Shown piece by piece: positions 62,464 to 64,000 of a stretch of 64,000 nucleotides of DNA. The number at the start of each line of letters is the position of its first letter. Position 1 is the first letter of the stretch. The notes under the pieces were generated by a model. That model saw only the letters and a list, made by a program, of their open reading frames with translations, was not told the origin of the DNA and searched no databases. Origin of the DNA: Octopus sinensis (lineage: Eukaryota); assembly GCF_006345805.1 (NCBI RefSeq), contig NC_043012.1:1550001-1614000 (forward strand). The letters are read 5' to 3'. The position numbers and the translations under genes were made by a program.

Positions 62464-63618
62464 TTAGGTTGTCAAGTAAGTTCTTGTGGAATTTTTAATT
62501 TTGGTTTTAAACGATGTATTTTCAAATCAATTTTCGTTAATTACTTTGACTTTATAAATCATTTTAAAGCCCGTTTTTCGCTCTATCAAGTCGTGCTACT
62601 ATTTTTTTTCTTTTTGAATAATTAGGCCATTTTTTTCGGAACGTTGAATACAATATGGACAAAAAGAAAATTTGCACAATTTTCTTATTCCAGTCAAAGC
62701 TAGGCCGGAAAGCTGCTGAAACAGCTCGCGGTATCAACGATGCGTTTGTCCCAGGAACCACTAATGAACTTACGGCACAATGATGGTTCAAGAAATTTCG
62801 TAGTGGTGACGAGAGTCTTGAAGATGATAAGAGTAATGGTCGGCCATCGGATGTTGACAACGATCAACTAAGAGCCTTAGTCGAAGCCAATTCACGCACA
62901 CCTGTTCGAGAGCTTGCTTCTGAATTAGACGTAACGCATATGACAATTTCCAACCGCTTGAAAAAGATTGGAAAAATAAAAATACTTGAGAAATGAGTGC
63001 CGCACGAATTGAACGAAAATAAAAAGGGAACAAAATAAAAAACGCCGTTTTGAAGTGTCGTCTTCCCTTCTTTTAATGCAACAAGAACGACCCGTTTCTC
63101 GACCGGATTGTGATGAAAATTGGATTCTTTACGACAACCGGCGACGTTCAGCTCAGTGGTTGGACGCCAACGAAGCTCTACGACACTTCCCAAAGCCAAA
63201 GTTGCACCAAAAGAAGGTCATGGTGACTGTTTGGTGGTTTGCGACCAGTCTCATCCACCACAGCTTTCTGAAACCATGCGAAACCATTACGGCGGAAAAG
63301 TACTGTCAGCAAATGGATGAAATGCATAAGAAACTCCGACAACAACAGACAACATTGGTCAATAGAAAAGGACCAATTCTTCTCCACGACAACGCTCGGC
63401 CGCACGTCGTACAACAGATCTTGCAGAAGTTGAACGAATTGGGCTACGAAACTCTGCCTCATCCGCCATACTCACCAGACATCTCGCCTACCGACTACCA
63501 CTTTTTCAAGCATCTCGACAAGTTCCTGCGTGAGAAATGCTTCAAAAACCAAGACGAAGCCAAACACGCCTTCAACGACTTCATCGCCACCAGAATGCTG
63601 GATTTTTACGAAGACCGG
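62464..63618 (+). mobile_element. Mariner (Hsmar1/cecropia-like) transposon, stop-disrupted, 3'-truncated
   Basis: TA+TTAGGTTG TIR. From ATG 62655: KLGRKAAETA...WFKKFRSGD..GRP...*VPHEL...WILYDN...HDNARPH...HPPYSPDISPTDYHFF. Confidence 0.92.
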
Positions 63619-63626
63619 TGACTGTT

Positions 63627-63672
63627 GTGCGCTGACGACGAGTAAAACCCAGAAACTCGGAAACGTGCGTAT
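63627..63672 (+). ncRNA. Minimal type I hammerhead, core intact, non-cleavable G17
   Basis: GTGCG CTGACGA CGAG TAAAACCCAGAAA CTCG GAAA CG TG CGTAT. Confidence 0.7.
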
Positions 63673-63904
63673 CACGTCAGGTCGACGATGGGAAGGATGG
63701 CTTTCCTTTGCAAATACTGACAGGGCACAGAATCTGTGTCAATACCCAGCTGGAGATGTTCTCCTGAGGCTACAAGCTACAGTAGCATCCACCCTTAGTG
63801 GTTGGCCACATTTAAGCGGCAAATATACTTCACGTTGTCGTGCAGCTATTGTTTATACCTCGTTCAGAGATTTATATATTATATATATATATGTAAATGT
63901 AAAA

Positions 63905-64000
63905 AAATACAAACTGGGACAAGAACGTAAAGCATTTAGAAGACGATACAAAAAACACGGACGGGACATTCGAAGCCTTCAATCTTCAGTCAAGAACCGG
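63905..64000. repeat. AATACAAA.TGGGACAAGAA-family repeat, runs off the window
   Basis: Reverse complement of 31095-31195. Confidence 0.8.

Overview
AT-rich eukaryotic genomic DNA made almost entirely of repeats. The repeat families look like those of a cephalopod, probably Octopus; this is recognition only, with no database search. I cannot support any intact host gene. Most long ORFs in the track are microsatellite translations. Identifiable content: (i) three abundant tRNA-derived SINE families, about 35 copies or fragments; (ii) decayed DNA transposons (mariner DD34D, maT DD37D, pogo-like, MITEs) and non-autonomous Helitron/Helentron elements; (iii) LINE remnants (R4/Dong in (TAA)n tracts, RTE, CR1); (iv) Penelope-like GIY-YIG remnants; (v) a 100-N gap. 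The main result is a dense set of short non-coding modules embedded in or beside (TA)n and related microsatellites. At least 10 carry minimal type I hammerhead-ribozyme architecture: stem I - CUGANGA - stem II - GAAA - short palindromic stem III - NUH - stem I. One copy (14266-14321, minus) has the full catalytic core. Two homologous copies show compensatory base changes. Several modules are foldbacks whose ribozymes point outward. This looks like a diversified Penelope-derived, retrozyme-like system targeting microsatellites. All folds were done by eye, and activity is untested.
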